Assembly: GCA_964016885.1 (NCBI GenBank)
Contig: OZ024742.1
Span: 144,522,001-144,586,000, forward strand
DNA length: 64,000 nucleotides
Origin: Eledone cirrhosa
Lineage: Eukaryota
Direction of reading: 5' to 3'
The notes under the pieces are model-generated. The model did no database searches. It was given only the letters and a program-made list of their open reading frames with translations, and was not told the DNA's origin. Positions 63,852 through 64,000 of the stretch are shown in pieces; within the stretch, counting starts at the first letter, position 1, and each line of letters starts with the position of its first letter. The position numbers and the translations under genes are program-made.

Positions 63852-64000
63852 ATGGCGGACAAAAAAAATTGTCCACTGAGAGGAACAGCGGGTTGTTCGG
63901 AGGGTAGAACAGCCAATTTCGTCCAATCACAAGGCAAAGGCAAGAACAACAGAAACAGCAGCAGCCACTGTAGCAGTGGCGGTGACAACAACAGCAGCAG
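63852..64000 (+). CDS. Possible first coding exon of a host gene (runs off the window)
   Basis: AAACATGGCGG context; open frame MADKKNCPLRGTAGCSEGRTANFVQSQGKGKNNRNSSSHCSSGGDNNSS to the window edge; raised GC; no recognisable TE motif. Confidence 0.35.
   Translation, partial: MADKKNCPLRGTAGCSEGRTANFVQSQGKGKNNRNSSSHCSSGGDNNSS

Overview
AT-rich, microsatellite-saturated eukaryotic DNA, almost entirely transposon-derived. The SINE families and repeat style suggest a coleoid cephalopod such as Octopus (inference, not proven). No complete host gene is visible; a possible first coding exon starts at 63852 and runs off the window. Nearly all short ORFs in the track are microsatellite or antisense artefacts. 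Two retroelement systems stand out. (1) At ~3.1-10.4 kb, three 5'-truncated copies of an R4/Dong-type restriction-like-endonuclease retrotransposon and several ~540-610 bp non-autonomous RTE-derived elements all sit inside (TACA)n/(TATG)n arrays, in strictly opposite polarity. (2) Many Penelope-like (PLE, partly Naiad-type) remnants and fold-back palindromes lie in (TA)n tracts and carry canonical, atypical or decayed hammerhead-ribozyme motifs; one is a 595-bp circularly permuted unit. Also present: decayed CR1, RTE and L1/Tx1 LINEs, a 96-bp minisatellite made from an RTE 3' end, tandem Helitrons, hAT and Tc1/mariner MITEs, and many tRNA-derived SINEs. Coordinates were read by eye and ends may be off by several bases.
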